Assembly (NCBI GenBank): GCA_900617105.1
Contig: UYFQ01000032.1
Coordinates: 620,001 to 684,000 of the forward strand
DNA from: Hydrurus foetidus
Lineage: Eukaryota
DNA length: 64,000 nt
Direction: 5' to 3'
Part shown: piece after piece, positions 9,193-19,121 of the stretch
Layout: every line of letters begins with the position of its first letter
How positions within the stretch are numbered: the first letter of the stretch is position 1
Program-made: the position numbers and the translations under genes
Notes under the pieces: model-generated
What the model was told of the DNA's origin: nothing
The model's database searches: none
Seen by the model: only the letters and a program-made list of their open reading frames with translations

Positions 9193-9564
9193 CTATACAG
9201 GAGTTAAGCGGGCTTTCAGGCTGGGCAAGACCCAAGCGGCGGCAGTGGCTGCGTCTTGCTCTACTTCTTTGGCGCTGCAATCAACCACAGGAATGCCCAA
9301 ACGGCTGAGCCGGGTCAGCATTTCACCCAGCGATTCGCCCGCCATCTTGGCGGCACTGCCCACTGAAATCAGCTTGTCTTTGAACAGGTTCACCGCCATA
9401 GCTTGGCGGACATGCGCCAAATCGAGCACGCCTTCGAGTTGCTCAAAGCCAATCAACACAGCATCAGGTTTGTTGCGGTTCATGACCACGACCAGCTCCG
9501 TGCGTGCATCACGCAACGCGGTGGAAGGGTTGGATTTGAGTTGGCGCACGTTAACGACCTGCAT
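9193..9564 (-). CDS. Antitoxin, Phd-like N-terminus plus UPF0175 domain
   Basis: MQVVNVRQLKSNPS..VVVMNRNKPDAVL; ISVGSAAKMAG..LSRLGIPVV; GGAG RBS; directly upstream of DUF3368 gene. Confidence 0.8.
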   Translation of the reverse strand: MQVVNVRQLKSNPSTALRDARTELVVVMNRNKPDAVLIGFEQLEGVLDLAHVRQAMAVNLFKDKLISVGSAAKMAGESLGEMLTRLSRLGIPVVDCSAKEVEQDAATAAAWVLPSLKARLTPV

Positions 9565-9648
9565 GATGTTCTCCTTCAGTGTAGGAGCATCATGAGTCTA
9601 CGCCTTTGAAAAAGGATCGCGCTATACCATCGGCCAAGGGGGAAGCGG

Positions 9649-10074
9649 TCACGCAAGCCCATCCAACACATGCACAAACCGTTGATTGCCGGGCAAGCGG
9701 TAGACAGAGAAGTCGCGCACATCCGTGGTGGCGATGCGGTTGATCTTCAGGTGAGTGGCCAGATAGACCAAGCTGGCATCGCAAAAGTCCATCGGCAGGT
9801 CTTCAAATTTGTCCATCATTTGCCACAGCGTGATGATGGCCTCGGTGGGAGGGGATTCGATGCGTAAATATGATAGCGCTTGCGCCTTATCAGACCAGCT
9901 GAAGAAGGCTTTTTGTTGGGTATGGGTGAGCAGGGCGCAGACCTCCACAAACACGGCCCAGGTGGTGACGGTGATGCCGGCGTAGTCGGCCAAAAAGGCT
10001 TTGCACCGGGCATGGTGATGGTCTTTGGGGCTGAACAAACCGACAAAGTAGCCCGAATCCGCCAACGTCATCAT
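9649..10074 (-). CDS. VapC-like PIN-domain toxin
   Basis: LADSGYFVGL..D.HH, MDFCDASLV, IATTDVRDF. Confidence 0.85.
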   Translation of the reverse strand: MMTLADSGYFVGLFSPKDHHHARCKAFLADYAGITVTTWAVFVEVCALLTHTQQKAFFSWSDKAQALSYLRIESPPTEAIITLWQMMDKFEDLPMDFCDASLVYLATHLKINRIATTDVRDFSVYRLPGNQRFVHVLDGLA

Positions 10075-10424
10075 GCGGGTTCAGCGGGCGTGGGGTGAGC
10101 CGCAGCCAAGGCTTGGGTGGCACGGGCGGAGCGCTCGGCGTGCTTGCGGCGCAGCGCATCGCGCACTTGCAGCTTGTGTGGGCGTGATTCGGAAGCTTCA
10201 AATGCCGCGTCTTGAATGGCCGTGGCGTCCTTTGACTCCTGCGACTGGGCCAGCATCCCGCTCATGGCTTCGTCGTAAATTTGCTGGGGCGTGGGCTGAG
10301 CGTGCTTGGCCAAGAATTCTTGGATGCTTTTCACAATCACAGCCGATTTGCTGATGCCTTGGCGCACGCCGTAGCTGGCGATTTGCGCCTCAACATGGAG
10401 GGGGAGACGAAGTGAGATGGGCAT
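10071..10424 (-). CDS. Ribbon-helix-helix antitoxin
   Basis: MPISLRLP..GISKSAVIVKSIQEFL; 4-bp overlap with the PIN gene. Confidence 0.7.
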   Translation of the reverse strand: MPISLRLPLHVEAQIASYGVRQGISKSAVIVKSIQEFLAKHAQPTPQQIYDEAMSGMLAQSQESKDATAIQDAAFEASESRPHKLQVRDALRRKHAERSARATQALAAAHPTPAEPA

Positions 10425-10439
10425 GGCGTTCTCTGGTGC

Positions 10440-10461
10440 GATACGATTTAAAAATTGTATC
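10440..10461. promoter_or_regulatory. Putative TA autoregulatory operator
   Basis: GATACGATTT-aa-AAATTGTATC imperfect palindrome just upstream of the antitoxin. Confidence 0.45.
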
Positions 10462-10619
10462 TCAAACCATCTGAGAGTGCCTCGAGCGTCGGCCGCATGC
10501 GGCGGCATATCGGTGCAGCCATCAAACCCGATAAAACTGCAAGTCCACTTACAGTTTTATCTGATATTTAGGCAAGTCCACTTTACTTTTTCACGCCTTA
10601 AAGCCGCGAACTTTTGCAG

Positions 10620-11672
10620 TTACCGCACCGCAGGCACCGATTTCAGCGCCTTCACCGCGCCCTCGCCCATCGCCGCGCCGAAGCGTTTGGCCAAGCGTTC
10701 GGCCACGTTGTCGCGGCGGGTGTAGTCGATCAAGTCTTCGGCTTTCACCACCTCACGGGCGACGAAATCGAGGTTGCCCAGTTGGTCGGCCAAGCCCATT
10801 TCCACAGCTTGCTGGCCTGTCCAGAAGAGGCCGCTGAAGATTTCAGGGGTTTCTTTCAGGCGTTTGCCGCGTCCGGCTTTCACCACGCTGATGAACTGCT
10901 GGTGGATTTGATCCAGCATGGCTTGGGCGAATTCGCGCTGTTTTTCGGTTTGCGGGCTGTACGGGTCTAGAAAGCCTTTGTTGGCTCCGGCGGTCATCAG
11001 GCGGCGCTCGATGCCGAGTTTGTCCATGATGCCGGTGAAGCCGAAACCGTCCATCAGCACGCCGATGCTGCCAACGATGCTGGCTTTGTCGACGTAGATT
11101 TTGTCGGCGGCTACAGCGATGTAGTACGCGGCAGAGGCGCAGGTCTCTTCCACCACGGCGTAGACGGGCTTTTTGTACTTGGCCTTGAGACGGATCACTT
11201 CATCATTGATGATGCCGGCCTGCACTGGGCTGCCACCAGGGGAGTTGATGAGCAGCACCACGGCCTGCGCACCTTCGTCTTCAAAGGCAGCTCGCATGGC
11301 GGAGACGATCAACTCGGCACTGGCATCACCACCCGCAGCGATTTCGCCCTTGATTTCAACCACCGCCGTGTGCGGCAGGCTTTTGTCGGTGACGGCGGTG
11401 CCCCGGTACAGCAGCAACCAAGCCATGACCACAAAGAACGTGAGCCAGGCCAGGCGCACGAACACGCGCCAGCGGCGGGCGGTTTTTTGTTCTGCCAGGG
11501 TGGCAAAAGCCAGTTTCTCCAGGGTGCTGCGCTCCCAATTGGCCTCATCACCTGCTTTGTTTTTAATAGCACTTGCCGCTGATTCAACCTGCTGTGGCTG
11601 CACTTTTGGCTCGATAACGGTGGTGGGTTCGGTCACTGGACTGGTGTCAGGCGTGGAGTTCGGATCGGTCAT
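10620..11672 (-). CDS. S49 family (SppA-like) peptidase
   Basis: INSPGGSP, CASAAYYIA, SIVGSIGV; usual neighbour of rluC/rne. Confidence 0.92.
   Translation of the reverse strand: MTDPNSTPDTSPVTEPTTVIEPKVQPQQVESAASAIKNKAGDEANWERSTLEKLAFATLAEQKTARRWRVFVRLAWLTFFVVMAWLLLYRGTAVTDKSLPHTAVVEIKGEIAAGGDASAELIVSAMRAAFEDEGAQAVVLLINSPGGSPVQAGIINDEVIRLKAKYKKPVYAVVEETCASAAYYIAVAADKIYVDKASIVGSIGVLMDGFGFTGIMDKLGIERRLMTAGANKGFLDPYSPQTEKQREFAQAMLDQIHQQFISVVKAGRGKRLKETPEIFSGLFWTGQQAVEMGLADQLGNLDFVAREVVKAEDLIDYTRRDNVAERLAKRFGAAMGEGAVKALKSVPAVR
11553..11610 (-). repeat. ~55-bp two-hairpin REP-like repeat, in S49 peptidase CDS
   Basis: Minus strand ...GCGGCAAGTGCTATTAAAAACAAAGCA. Confidence 0.55.
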
Positions 11673-11721
11673 GGTGTGGGAGGCTGAAAGCGGGTAAATA
11701 GAAACTGGCCTGTGGCAGGCG

Positions 11722-12165
11722 CTAAAAGCTGAGGGCTTTCAAGTTGTAAGCAGTATGCCAGTGGACGACACCATCGAATTCTGACAGTTGTATTTTGACC
11801 AATCCGCCACGGCACGGGCCACCGGCGCAGCGGCCTGTATCGGGCTGGTAGAGCGCACCGTGGGTGGCGCAAATCAACCACTGGCCGGTGAGGTCGTAAA
11901 ACCTGTTGGGCTGGTAGTCCATTTCCATCGCGACATGGGTGCAGCGGTTGAGGTAGGCCTGCGGTTTGCCTTCGAAACGGATGGCAAAGGCGCGGCAGGT
12001 TTGACCGGCGTAGACCACATCGAAGGGGATGGCATCGCCGCCGTCCACCATGTCGGCGCTGTTGCACAGGGGGATTTGGGGGTCAGCATCGAGCGGGGGG
12101 GCGGCGCTCAAAGAGGAATCTGAAAAATCAAGCGATGTTTGCGACAACCGAGGGTACTGCGGCAT
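11722..12165 (-). CDS. Rieske 2Fe-2S protein
   Basis: NRCTH and ICATHGA motifs. Confidence 0.88.
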   Translation of the reverse strand: MPQYPRLSQTSLDFSDSSLSAAPPLDADPQIPLCNSADMVDGGDAIPFDVVYAGQTCRAFAIRFEGKPQAYLNRCTHVAMEMDYQPNRFYDLTGQWLICATHGALYQPDTGRCAGGPCRGGLVKIQLSEFDGVVHWHTAYNLKALSF

Positions 12166-12193
12166 GATTTACCTTGTTCAATAGGCTCAGTTT

Positions 12194-12853
12194 TCAACCG
12201 TTCGCCAGCAGCCAGTCGTGCAGCTCACTGACCGAATGGGCGACAAACAGCGGGTTCAACGCCTCGAAAGCTGTACTCTCGTGGGCACCGTAGCTCACGC
12301 CCACGCTGGGGCAACCGGCGTTCAGCGCCATTTGCAAATCGTGCGTGGTGTCGCCAATCATCAGGGTTCGGGCTGGCAGTACGCCGAACTCGGCCATCAG
12401 CTCTTCCAACATGCGCGGATGCGGCTTGCCCCGTGTTTCGTCGGCGGTGCGGGAGGCATCAAACATGCCTTTGAGTTCCACCGCTTGCAGTGCCTCGTCC
12501 AGCCCGTTGCGGCTTTTGCCGGTGGCCACAGTCAGCGTGTGCTGGCGGGCTTTCAACGCGGCCAACAGCGGCAACACGCCGTCAAACAACGAAATATCGT
12601 GCTGATGGGCAATGTAATGGTGACGGTAGCGTGCGCCCAACTCGGGATATTTGTCGGGCGGCACATCGGGTGCGGCGTGGGCGAGGGCTGCAATCAGGCT
12701 CATGCCGATCACGTAGGAAGCGGCCTCGTCGGTAGGCCGCTGCCCCCCCACATCGACGACTGCCGCCTGGATGCAGCGGGTGATGAGCTGGGTGGAATCG
12801 AACAGCGTACCGTCCCAGTCGAAGGCGATGAGGTCAAAGCGGCGTGGTTTCAT
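12194..12853 (-). CDS. HAD-IA family hydrolase
   Basis: FDWDGTL, ATGKS, KPHP, MIGDT. Confidence 0.92.
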   Translation of the reverse strand: MKPRRFDLIAFDWDGTLFDSTQLITRCIQAAVVDVGGQRPTDEAASYVIGMSLIAALAHAAPDVPPDKYPELGARYRHHYIAHQHDISLFDGVLPLLAALKARQHTLTVATGKSRNGLDEALQAVELKGMFDASRTADETRGKPHPRMLEELMAEFGVLPARTLMIGDTTHDLQMALNAGCPSVGVSYGAHESTAFEALNPLFVAHSVSELHDWLLANG

Positions 12854-12964
12854 GGCGGGCTTAAAGGTCGGCTATGGGTCAGCTGAAGGGTGGGCGGGCG
12901 GAGCACTGAGGATATTGTCGCTGGCAAACCGAAAAACTGCTGCTTTTGCTGCTGCACCCACGGT

Positions 12965-13462
12965 CTATTCCCCCACACGCGCCAACATCACCCTCAGCAC
13001 GGGCTGCGAAATCCAAAACCCTGCGGCGTGCAAACGGGCAAACTCGGCTTTGACACTGGCGATCAAACCACGCTCTTTAGCCAACGCGATCACGGCGGCG
13101 GTGCCCATCACGGTAAGCCCCAAAGAACGCGCCACATGGCGACCGGCACGCTCGTCCATCAGCAACAAAGCAGGCTCGCTGAGCGTCAAGGCATAGCGGA
13201 TGGTGTGGGCCTCGCCAGGGTCAAGTTCAGCCCCCTCAAAGACCGTGGCACCCTCGGCATCGACAGCCACCGTGTTGAGCCACTTTTGTGAAAACGCATG
13301 ACTCAGCGCCTGTTCACTCGCACTGAAGCCACCCGTCATCACCTCATCGCACACCGTAGACACCACATTCACGGTGCCAAACAGATCGTGCAACCAGTGC
13401 AGGCGGTCAATCAGGCTGAGGGCAATCAGCGGACTGGCGTCGGCAATGAGGATGTGAGCCAT
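12965..13462 (-). CDS. DUF3368 PIN-domain toxin
   Basis: IADASPLIAL, LDPGEA, LMDERAGR. Confidence 0.82.
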   Translation of the reverse strand: MAHILIADASPLIALSLIDRLHWLHDLFGTVNVVSTVCDEVMTGGFSASEQALSHAFSQKWLNTVAVDAEGATVFEGAELDPGEAHTIRYALTLSEPALLLMDERAGRHVARSLGLTVMGTAAVIALAKERGLIASVKAEFARLHAAGFWISQPVLRVMLARVGE

Positions 13463-13788
13463 GCGTCCAGGGAAGTCAAATCGTGTTCGGCGTCCTCTTG
13501 CGTGAGGTTCACCACCGGGATGCCACGCACTGCCAAGTAGCGCACGAATTCATGCACCGGGCTTTGTGCCAGTCGGGCAGACCGCACCAGCGACAAGCCT
13601 CCATCACGGAACAGCGCACAGGCCAAGGCGCGGCGGGTGGCGGGCGCGTCCAGCTCGCCTGCCGCTGCGACACCCAGCATCACCGCATGGGGTTGATCGC
13701 GGTTCATCACCAGCACAGGGGCCGTTTGCGCCATGCGCAGGGCTCCAGTGGGGTTGTTCTTCAAACCACTGACGTTCACGGCATACAT
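13426..13788 (-). CDS. Antitoxin, Phd-like plus UPF0175
   Basis: MYAVNVSGLKNNP..VLVMNRDQP; paralogous to 9193-9564; AGGAG RBS. Confidence 0.8.
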   Translation of the reverse strand: MYAVNVSGLKNNPTGALRMAQTAPVLVMNRDQPHAVMLGVAAAGELDAPATRRALACALFRDGGLSLVRSARLAQSPVHEFVRYLAVRGIPVVNLTQEDAEHDLTSLDAWLTSSLPTPVR

Positions 13789-13858
13789 GGCACTCCTTTA
13801 TGTTCACCCCTAACAAGGGCGGGGCTGATAGGAATGAATGATAGGAATAATACTGATT

Positions 13859-14866
13859 TTAGGCAAACGCCTGCAATTCAACAGGCAGCTTGGCCATCAG
13901 CTCTGTGCGCTCGCCCGTGGCGGGGTGGTTGAAGCTCAAACGCCATGCGTGCAGGAACATGCGTTTCAATCCGGCTTTGGCCAACGCTTTGTTGGCTTCA
14001 AAGTCGCCGTATTTATCGTCTCCGGCAATCGGGTGGCCGCTGCTGGCCAAATGCACGCGGATTTGGTGGGTGCGGCCCGTTTTAATGGTGACTTCAAGCA
14101 GGGTGTGGTCTTTGAACGCCTTGGCCACCTTCACCAAGGTGACGGAGCGCATCCCGTCGGGGTGGTCTTTTGCCACAACCTTGACGCGGCGCTCGCCTTC
14201 GCTGCCATCGGGGTTGGTCAGCAGGTACTTGTGCAGCGGTGTATCAATCACCTTCTTGTTCGCAGGCCAGTGGCCCAACACCAGTGCCAAATAGGTCTTG
14301 CCGGTTTCGCGCTCACGGAACTGGTCTTGCAGGTTGGTGAGCGCACTGCGTTTCTTGGCGACCAGCAAAATGCCAGAGGTTTCGCGGTCAAGGCGGTGGA
14401 CTAATTCTAAGAATTTGGCCTGAGGCCGTGCCATGCGCAGTTGCTCGATCACGCCAAAGCTCACGCCACTGCCGCCATGCACAGCCACGCCAGCTGGTTT
14501 GTCCAGGGCAATCAGGTGCTCGTCTTCTAACAGTATGGGGAATTCTTTGGGCGGTGCCGCGCGGACGACAGCGGCCATCGCATCGGCTTTTTCAGCGACG
14601 CGCTCAGACACCCGAACGGGTGGCAGCCGCACCATATCCCCCAGTGCCAGACGAGTGTCAGCCGCTGCACGGCCTTTGTTGACGCGCACTTCACCGCTGC
14701 GGATGATGCGGTAGACATGGGTTTTGGGCACGCCTTTGAGCTCGCGCATGAGGAAGTTGTCCAGCCGTTGGCCCTCACCGTTGTCATCCACAGTGAGGAG
14801 TTTGACGGCGACGGGCGACCCTGATGGGGGCGAGGTCGGGGGATTAGCGCTTATAATGTTTTTCAC
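13859..14866 (-). CDS. rluC: 23S rRNA pseudouridine synthase C
   Basis: S4 domain (GQRLDNFL), HRLDRETSG, GRTHQIRVH; divergent from rne. Confidence 0.92.
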   Translation of the reverse strand: MKNIISANPPTSPPSGSPVAVKLLTVDDNGEGQRLDNFLMRELKGVPKTHVYRIIRSGEVRVNKGRAAADTRLALGDMVRLPPVRVSERVAEKADAMAAVVRAAPPKEFPILLEDEHLIALDKPAGVAVHGGSGVSFGVIEQLRMARPQAKFLELVHRLDRETSGILLVAKKRSALTNLQDQFRERETGKTYLALVLGHWPANKKVIDTPLHKYLLTNPDGSEGERRVKVVAKDHPDGMRSVTLVKVAKAFKDHTLLEVTIKTGRTHQIRVHLASSGHPIAGDDKYGDFEANKALAKAGLKRMFLHAWRLSFNHPATGERTELMAKLPVELQAFA

Positions 14867-15193
14867 CAGCGTGTACAGCCAAGTTCTTGATTCTTTTAGA
14901 GTTTAGGGCAATTTGCAACACCCGCTGGCGGTTGATGCCGCTTGAGCCTTTCTGCCTGTAAACCCCTACCGCCCGTCTTTCCATGCCGTGCGCGCCGTGT
15001 GAGCCAGTCCCCTCAAGTCGAACTGACGCCCCAAGAAACACAAGAACCGGAATACCCCCACGTTCGCTGACAGCCCTGTGCTCAAGCAGCGAATGAATTT
15101 GGAAAAAGAGCGAGACATAAGGTGTTGATTCTGTTGATCCGTTTGGCCTTAAGGTGGCTGGTATCCAAGATACCAGCGCCTGTTTTAGGCATG

Positions 15194-15248
15194 GATCAGC
15201 CTCTTACGCACATTCACAGTGCGCAGATTGCTACAAACTTTGTAGCAA
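15194..15248 (+). repeat. ~55-bp two-hairpin REP-like repeat, rne upstream region
   Basis: GATCAGCCTCTTACGCACATTCACAGTGCGCAGATTGCTACAAACTTTGTAGCAA. Confidence 0.7.
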
Positions 15249-15508
15249 TTCAACCGCCCCACCTTCTCGCCACCCTCCACGCCCCCCCGCACAGATTGCC
15301 GCGTTAAAACCCTTCTTGGACAACACATCCAAGGCGGTGACACGCTGCACGCTGATATGAGGTGGGGCGAAGGTATTCCTTTCGTTTCTAGGCGTCCGTT
15401 CAGGCATCGTTGGTTCATTCCGAACCCGTATTTGCTGAAAAGCACAGCGGCCCCGTTCACACACTCACCGTGAACGTGCCGCTACTGAACTGAAAAAGGA
15501 AGAGCACC

Positions 15509-18500
15509 ATGAAACGGATGCTGATTAACGCCACCCAGCCTGAAGAGCGCCGCTTGGCCATTGTGGACGGGCAAAAACTGCTCGACTACGAAATCGAAAT
15601 CGAAGGCCGCGAACAGCGCAAGGGCAACATCTACAAAGCGGTCGTAACCCGTGTAGAGCCTTCGCTGGAAGCTTGCTTTGTCGATTACGGCGAAGACCGC
15701 CACGGCTTTTTGCCGTTCAAAGAAATCTCACGCCAGTACTTCGCCCAGGGTGTGCCCGCAGGCCAAGCCCGTATCCAGGACGTGATCCGCGAAGGCAACG
15801 AGCTGCTGGTTCAAGTTGAAAAAGAAGAGCGCGGCAACAAAGGCGCAGCGCTCACGACCTTCGTGTCGCTGGCTGGCCGCTACGTCGTGCTGATGCCGAA
15901 CAACCCCCGTGGCGGTGGCGTATCGCGCCGCATCGAGGGTGAAGACCGGGCCGAGCTCAAAGAAGCGATGGACCAGTTGGAATACCCAGGTGGCATGTCC
16001 ATCATCGCGCGCACCGCAGGCATTGGCCGCAACGCGCCCGAGCTGCAATGGGACTTGAACTACCTGCTGAAGCTCTGGACGGCGATTGACGGCGCTGGCA
16101 AAGGCGGCAAAGGCGCGTTCCTGATTTACCAAGAGTCCAGCCTCGTGATCCGCGCCATCCGCGATTACTTCAGCGCGGACATTGGCGACATCCTGATCGA
16201 CACCGACGACATTTACGAACAAGCGCAGCAGTTCATGCAGCATGTGATGCCCGAGCAAGCCTCGCGGGTCAAGCGCTACCGTGATGACGCACCGCTGTTC
16301 AGCCGCTTCCAGATCGAACACCAGATCGAATCCGCCTACGCCCGTACCGTGCAACTGCCCAGCGGCGGCGCGATCGTGATCGACCACACCGAAGCACTGG
16401 TCAGCGTGGACGTGAACTCAGCCCGCGCCATCAAGGGCGGCGACATTGAAGAAACCGCCACCCGCACCAACCTGGAAGCCGCTGACGAAGTGGCCCGCCA
16501 GATGCGTCTGCGCGATTTGGGCGGCCTGATCGTGATCGACTTTATCGACATGGAAGAAAGCCGCAACCGCCGCGATGTGGAAAACCGCCTGCGCGACGCG
16601 CTGCGCCAAGACCGTGCCCGCGTGCAATTTGGCACCATCAGCAAATTCGGTCTGATGGAAATGAGCCGCCAGCGCCTGCGCCCAGCCCTCTCCGAAGGCG
16701 CGTCCATCCCCTGCCCCCGTTGCGGTGGTGCCGGGCATATCCGCGACACAGAATCCAGCGCACTGCAAATTTTGCGCATCATCCAGGAAGAGTCACTCAA
16801 AGACAGCACCGCCAGCGTGCTGTGCCAAGTGCCCGTGGACGTTGCCAGCTTCTTGCTCAACGAAAAGCGCACCGAGATCGCCAAGATCGAGATGAAGCAG
16901 CGCATCAACGTGCTGATGGTGCCCAACAAAACCTTGGAGACCCCGAACTACCGTTTGGAACGCCTCAAGCACGACGACCCACGTCTGGACAACATCGAAG
17001 CCAGCTACAAACTGGCCGATGACATCGAAGACCCGACCGCTGTGACGCGCCGCTCGCAAGAGCCGACCAACAAGCAAACGCCGATCATCAAAGGCGTGTT
17101 GCCCGATGCACCAGCGCCCCAAGCCACCGTGCGCCCACCGGCACGCGCACAGGGTCATGGTCATGGTCATGCATCAAATCAGCCTCATACGCAATCGGTA
17201 CAAGCGGATGCAGCTATTAAACCTGTAGCAGCATCTCCCGCAGCTTCACCTGCACCTACCGCAGCACCCGTGGCCATGCCCGCAGCAGCCCCCACTGGTT
17301 TCTTCGGTTGGGTCAAAGGTCTGTTCGGTGGTACGCCTGCTGCGGCACCCGTCAGCGCCCCAGCCCCCGTGGTGGCAGTGAAAGCACCAGCGCCAGCCGC
17401 TGCAACCTTGGCTGAGGCGAACAGCCCAGTCCAAGGTGGCAACCGCAACGAAGGCCGTGGTGGTGAGCGTGGTCGCGGAGAACGTGGCCGTGGTGGCCGT
17501 GGTCGCAGCGATGGCAACCGTGATGGAGGACGTGACGGCGCACGCGATGCAGGCCGCGAGTCTGGCCGTGATGGCAACCCCGAAGGCAAGCGCGACTTAG
17601 CCCCGCGTGACGGTCAACGCAACGGCCAGCGCGACCTTCAGCGCGATCCACAAGGCGAAGCTGGTCGCGACGGCCAACGCGATGCGCAACGTGACAACCC
17701 ACGCGACGCAGGCCGTGAGGCACCTCGCCGCGAACGTGCGCCCCGTGAAGACCGCCCCAGCCGTGCTCAAGGCAACCGCCCTAACGGTACCGACAACGGC
17801 AACGCGCCCGTAGCGCTCGCTGACACCGCCATGCCGATGGACGCCAACACCGGCGCACCGGCGCAAAACGGTGACGAGCAACGCCCACCCCGCACCGACG
17901 GTCGCCGCCCACGTGGTGAGCCTCGCGGTGAAGGTCGTCCGCGTGGCGAGCCTCGCGCTGAAGGCGAAGCACGTCCCGATTTGCGTCCCGAAGCACGCCC
18001 AGACACGCGCCCCGATGGCCGTGGCGAGCGTCGCCCACGCCGGGATGCCGTTCAAAACGACAACGCAGCCCCAAGCACCACTGCCGCTGACCACTTCGCG
18101 CAAGAAGCAGCACCAGTGCAAGCCCCCGTCGCCGAAGATCGGCCTGCGGGTCGCAGCTACTTCACAGTAGCCCCAGCGGCACCTGCTGCTGCTTTGGTTT
18201 CCAACGAAGCCCCCGCAGCGCAGCAAAGTCGCGATACCGAAACCAGCCGCCCCGCACAGGCTGAGCGCCACGTCTCCCATGATGACCCCATCAGCGTGGA
18301 CGAAAACGGCAACCCCATCTTGCCCGCCACAGACGAGCAAGGTCGCCGCGAACGCCGCCCCCGTGACCGTTATGGCCGCCAACGCCGTGATGGCCGCGAG
18401 ACACGCGGTGACAACCGCAGCGAAAACCAGGAAGAAGGCCAAGCCAATGCGGCGCAAAGCCAGGACACTGCGGCTCCCGCGCTCATGGCCGCTGCACCTG

Positions 18501-18946
18501 CGCCCACCCCCGTTCAGCCCATGATGATGGAAACGGCAACAGCACCAGTGGCATCTGTAGCACCTCCTGTTGCTGCACCTGCTATGGTGCCAGTTGCGCC
18601 TCCCGTGGCTGCACCAACGCCTGTAGCCTACATAGCTCCTGTCGTGGCGAGCGTACCCGCACCCCAAGCAACACCAGCGGCTTCTGGCGCTGGGATGCCC
18701 AAAGTAGCGACTTTCGCCCTGCCGTTAAACGACATGGTGGCAGTAGCTGAAGGCGCAGGCTTGCAATGGGTGAATTCCGATGCCAGCAAAATCGCCAGCG
18801 TTAAAGCCGCCATCGAAGCCGAACCCGCCCCCGTGCGCGTGCCCCGCGAACGCCCCCCTGTGGTGGTCGTAGACGCAGGCCCGTTGGTGATGGTGGAAAC
18901 CCAGCGTGACCTGAACCAGATGGCCTTCCCGTTCAAGCAGGAATAA
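15509..18946 (+). CDS. rne: Ribonuclease E
   Basis: [26 protein letters not shown] zinc link, long disordered Arg/Pro/Ala-rich C-terminus. Confidence 0.97.
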   Translation: MKRMLINATQPEERRLAIVDGQKLLDYEIEIEGREQRKGNIYKAVVTRVEPSLEACFVDYGEDRHGFLPFKEISRQYFAQGVPAGQARIQDVIREGNELLVQVEKEERGNKGAALTTFVSLAGRYVVLMPNNPRGGGVSRRIEGEDRAELKEAMDQLEYPGGMSIIARTAGIGRNAPELQWDLNYLLKLWTAIDGAGKGGKGAFLIYQESSLVIRAIRDYFSADIGDILIDTDDIYEQAQQFMQHVMPEQASRVKRYRDDAPLFSRFQIEHQIESAYARTVQLPSGGAIVIDHTEALVSVDVNSARAIKGGDIEETATRTNLEAADEVARQMRLRDLGGLIVIDFIDMEESRNRRDVENRLRDALRQDRARVQFGTISKFGLMEMSRQRLRPALSEGASIPCPRCGGAGHIRDTESSALQILRIIQEESLKDSTASVLCQVPVDVASFLLNEKRTEIAKIEMKQRINVLMVPNKTLETPNYRLERLKHDDPRLDNIEASYKLADDIEDPTAVTRRSQEPTNKQTPIIKGVLPDAPAPQATVRPPARAQGHGHGHASNQPHTQSVQADAAIKPVAASPAASPAPTAAPVAMPAAAPTGFFGWVKGLFGGTPAAAPVSAPAPVVAVKAPAPAAATLAEANSPVQGGNRNEGRGGERGRGERGRGGRGRSDGNRDGGRDGARDAGRESGRDGNPEGKRDLAPRDGQRNGQRDLQRDPQGEAGRDGQRDAQRDNPRDAGREAPRRERAPREDRPSRAQGNRPNGTDNGNAPVALADTAMPMDANTGAPAQNGDEQRPPRTDGRRPRGEPRGEGRPRGEPRAEGEARPDLRPEARPDTRPDGRGERRPRRDAVQNDNAAPSTTAADHFAQEAAPVQAPVAEDRPAGRSYFTVAPAAPAAALVSNEAPAAQQSRDTETSRPAQAERHVSHDDPISVDENGNPILPATDEQGRRERRPRDRYGRQRRDGRETRGDNRSENQEEGQANAAQSQDTAAPALMAAAPAPTPVQPMMMETATAPVASVAPPVAAPAMVPVAPPVAAPTPVAYIAPVVASVPAPQATPAASGAGMPKVATFALPLNDMVAVAEGAGLQWVNSDASKIASVKAAIEAEPAPVRVPRERPPVVVVDAGPLVMVETQRDLNQMAFPFKQE
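17176..17230 (+). repeat. ~55-bp two-hairpin REP-like repeat, in rne CDS
   Basis: AAATCAGCCTCATACGCAATCGGTACAAGCGGATGCAGCTATTAAACCTGTAGCA. Confidence 0.7.
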
Positions 18947-19011
18947 GCCCGAGCGCTAAGCCAGAAAACCCAGACCTGTGCAAACAGGTTTGGGTGGGTA
19001 TAAAAAGATTA

Positions 19012-19048
19012 AAAAAGGCCTGTTGATGCCACATCAACAGGCCTTTTT
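19012..19048. terminator. Bidirectional intrinsic terminator between rne and hemY
   Basis: AAAAAGGCCTGTTGATG-cca-CATCAACAGGCCTTTTT perfect inverted repeat. Confidence 0.9.
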
Positions 19049-19121
19049 GCTGTGCGCTCGCAGCGTTAAACGGAAGTGTTCCGAATGGGCATGGTGCTGT
19101 GTAGCCCGTCAATCTTGCCTG

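Noticed and set aside
17440..18700. Tandem repeats or a separate element in the rne 3' half
   Set aside because: Low-complexity Arg/Gly/Pro/Ala coding typical of the RNase E disordered scaffold
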